From positions 11,795 to 75,794 of the forward strand of contig CAWUFD020000006.1 in the NCBI GenBank assembly GCA_963921285.3: a DNA stretch of 64,000 bases. The letters run 5' to 3'. Origin of the DNA: Pseudomonadales bacterium. Its GTDB lineage: Bacteria > Pseudomonadota > Gammaproteobacteria > Pseudomonadales > Azotimanducaceae. The translations under genes were made by a program, and so were the position numbers. Positions 62,137-64,000 of this stretch are shown piece by piece. The notes under the pieces were generated by a model. That model ran no database searches, was not told the DNA's origin, and saw only the letters and a list, made by a program, of their open reading frames with translations. Each line of letters begins with the position of its first letter. Position 1 is the stretch's first letter.

Positions 62137-63026
62137 GCCAGTTTGTCACTCGAAAGTAAACTACGCACATAACCATAAACACCACAAATGACCAGCTTTC
62201 ACTAACTCCTGCATAATACAGAGCAGTACCAAGGGCACTCAGCAATATCGATGAGCGGGATAAAAAGTAGCCACAGCGCTGTGATCGGAGTGAGCGCCTG
62301 GGGTCCTCCGGAGTAGGGCCCCTGACTAGCCATAAGAAAAAGTGCGGCAATCATGAAACCAAGCACATAGGCACCACTGTCTCCCATGAATACCCTCGCA
62401 TTAGGATTCCAACTGAATCGAAAGTTGAAAAGTAAAAAGGTAAGCACACAGGTTCCGAGAATAGTCGACAGGAGGAAGACGTCCTCCATGCCTGCGAAAT
62501 AGGCCATGAACGAGAGAAAAAACAGGGTTACCAGTACAAGCCCCCCGCAGAGTCCATCCAGACCATCCATCATATTGATCGCGTTCACGCCACCAACGAC
62601 AGCGATGCAAGTGAATGTCAGCGAGTAAGGCCCGAGACCAAGATCTCCGATGAACCAGATATCACCTACTGACTTAAAAGACAGGTTACCTTCAAAGTGA
62701 ATAGCACAAGCTACAGCGATCTGGATGAACATGCGTATCGCGCTATGTATATGACGAATGTCATCTGCTACGCCCGTCGCCATCAAGACCAGTGCACCCG
62801 CGAACACCACCCAATGTTCCAGAAAAAGCTGTGGCATGGTCAGGTAGAGTGAGCAACGCCCGAGGACCATCGCAAGGCCGCCAATTATCGGGGTAGCTTT
62901 TTTGTGCTGCTTACGACCCTGAGGCTCGTCGACAAGTTGGAGATGAGCTGCAAACTTGCTGAAGGCAAGGATTCCCACTGCAGTGCATGCTGCTGCAACG
63001 ACAACGGCGATTGCTACTGTGTACAA
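62105..63026 (-). pseudogene. WecA-like polyprenyl-phosphate HexNAc-1-P transferase disrupted by an internal deletion plus a frameshift
   Basis: ORF 62202-63026 has VDEPQGRKQHKKATPIIGG, ADD, NMMDGLDGL and FMGDSGAY. It stops right after PLIDIA, and the expected R..G.SPF..DR.H.HH segment is absent. The last TM region (LLSALGTALYYAGVSESWSFVVFMV) continues in another frame at 62105-62350. Confidence 0.6.
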
Positions 63027-64000
63027 CAGAGAATATCTTCCAGATTGTTCAGGGCTTGCTTACTCGAGTATCTCTCATTGGAGATGTTACGAGCATTTTT
63101 CCCCATATGACGCTTCATCGCTTCGTTATTCTTTATTTTATTTATAGCTTCCACGAGCCGCACAGTATCACCCAGTGATACAGCGACGCCTGAGTCGCTT
63201 TCACTTAGGATTCGGGCCAGCTGTCCTTCCGGGTCACCAACAAAGATCGTCGGTTTACCTGCAGCCAGAATCCCGTATATCTTACTGGGGACTATCAGAC
63301 CTTCCAGTGACGGCTGCAAAGACACTAAATGAACATCTCCCGCCGCCAAGCTATCTGCTAGATGCTCTCGGGCCACGTAACCATGAAAGACAAAATTCTC
63401 CAGCGCTTCCTGGGACACGCGTTCTCTCAGCTCATTCATCAACGCGCCCCCACCGACCATCAGGAACTTCACGTCAGACTCTCTCAACAATCGCGCCGCA
63501 CCCAACAATGTCTCAATGTCATGGGCTCTTCCCAGGTTTCCGGAATATTGCACAACAAAGCAATCATCCAGACCTATCGAGTCTCGCAGTTTTGAAGTCG
63601 CCTGTGGAGCAATAGCTTCGCCATCAGCCCAGTTGTGATTGACGGTCACATCAATGTTGTCGTCTATCCTGCTGATCCTCTCGGCCATCACGTCACCTAG
63701 CGCTATATTCACTGTTGCCAATCTAAGTGATTTATTACGCGCCCAGAGGATAACGCTAAGCAACGGAGTCGGAATTCGCAAACCCAAATTGGTTGCAACT
63801 TCGGGAAACAAATCCTGCAGCCAGTTAACCAGTTTTGCCTTTTTTAGATAGCAGACCATCGCACAGGGAATCGAGAGCAAAGGAGGATCGGTCTTCGCTA
63901 CAATAACGTCACCCTGCTTCACCTTCATGAGCAGATACAGGAAGACTCCTGCGTAGAACGTCAAATAGTCGACGCTACGCCCAAGAACAGTGAAGCGGCC
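63014..64000 (-). CDS. Group-1 (GT4) glycosyltransferase, WbuB-like. Partial: 5' end lies beyond the window
   Basis: Contains VQYSGNLGRAHDIETLL...FLMVGGG...VHLVSLQPSLEGLIVPSKIYGILAAGKPTIFVG. The frame stays open from 63964 to 64000 (GRFTVLGRSVDY...). Confidence 0.75.
   Translation of the reverse strand, partial: GRFTVLGRSVDYLTFYAGVFLYLLMKVKQGDVIVAKTDPPLLSIPCAMVCYLKKAKLVNWLQDLFPEVATNLGLRIPTPLLSVILWARNKSLRLATVNIALGDVMAERISRIDDNIDVTVNHNWADGEAIAPQATSKLRDSIGLDDCFVVQYSGNLGRAHDIETLLGAARLLRESDVKFLMVGGGALMNELRERVSQEALENFVFHGYVAREHLADSLAAGDVHLVSLQPSLEGLIVPSKIYGILAAGKPTIFVGDPEGQLARILSESDSGVAVSLGDTVRLVEAINKIKNNEAMKRHMGKNARNISNERYSSKQALNNLEDILCCTQ

Noticed and set aside
1-64000. Search by eye for CRISPR arrays, tRNA or rRNA genes, integrases or transposases, toxin-antitoxin pairs and defence-system hallmarks
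   Set aside because: I saw no regularly spaced direct repeats, no cloverleaf-compatible intergenic sequences (the gaps are short or occupied by the repeats described) and no recombinase or nuclease-type ORFs. The window is a glycan biosynthesis locus throughout.

Overview
This 64 kb window is almost entirely one very large surface-glycan (LPS O-antigen, capsule or EPS) biosynthesis region. It looks gammaproteobacterial, with a wbpL/wbpM-type right end. I found no rRNA, tRNA, CRISPR array, integrase or intact transposase. All protein calls come from motif and architecture recognition by eye on the supplied translations. No database search was run.

Modules from left to right:
- 1-8.7 kb: uronic-acid and amidation genes (GT4 glycosyltransferase, AlgD-like dehydrogenase, heparinase II/III-like protein, bi-domain oxidoreductase, FkbM methyltransferase, AsnB-like amidotransferase).
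- 9-12.4 kb: a Cys4 KpsS-like protein and a GT-like::FkbM fusion.
- 12.5-19.1 kb: an atypical phosphate-type (NANS / Kdn-9-P-like) ulosonic-acid module coupled to a single-chain transketolase, an aldehyde dehydrogenase and an SDR.
- 19.1-20.2 kb: a decayed junction carrying an ABC-exporter pseudogene.
- 20.2-39.5 kb: a scattered pseudaminic-acid pathway (pseB, pseC, pseG, pseI, plus PseH-like and SpsF-like genes). It is interleaved with a deacetylase, dioxygenase, methyltransferase, formyltransferase and WbqC tailoring set, an MsbA/PglK-like ABC exporter and a second Cys4 KpsS-like protein.
- 39.7-43.5 kb: a glycosyltransferase, methyltransferase and epimerase operon.
- 43.5-48.2 kb: sulfate activation (cysD with a 204-codon in-frame N-terminal extension, DUF2061, cysN/C).
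- 48.3-57.9 kb: GT2, WcaJ-type phosphoglycosyltransferase, GT26, rfbD, UDP-GlcA 4-epimerase, ugd, galU and manC.
- 58-64 kb: Wzy/WaaL-like membrane protein, wbpM-like dehydratase, wbpL-like transferase, a wecA-like pseudogene and a GT4.

Non-genic structure:
- A 243-bp element bounded by 20/21-nt inverted repeats and TA/TA flanks sits between convergent genes and supplies both of their stop codons.
- A REP-like palindromic repeat family has three intergenic copies around the cys genes and a 29-nt fragment inserted in frame inside rfbD.
- A 13-bp perfect inverted repeat abuts the extended cysD start.

The region has 11 strand blocks, and convergent genes either overlap or are separated only by these repeats. 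It encodes eight predicted methyltransferase domains. I recognised no Wzx, Wzz or Wza.
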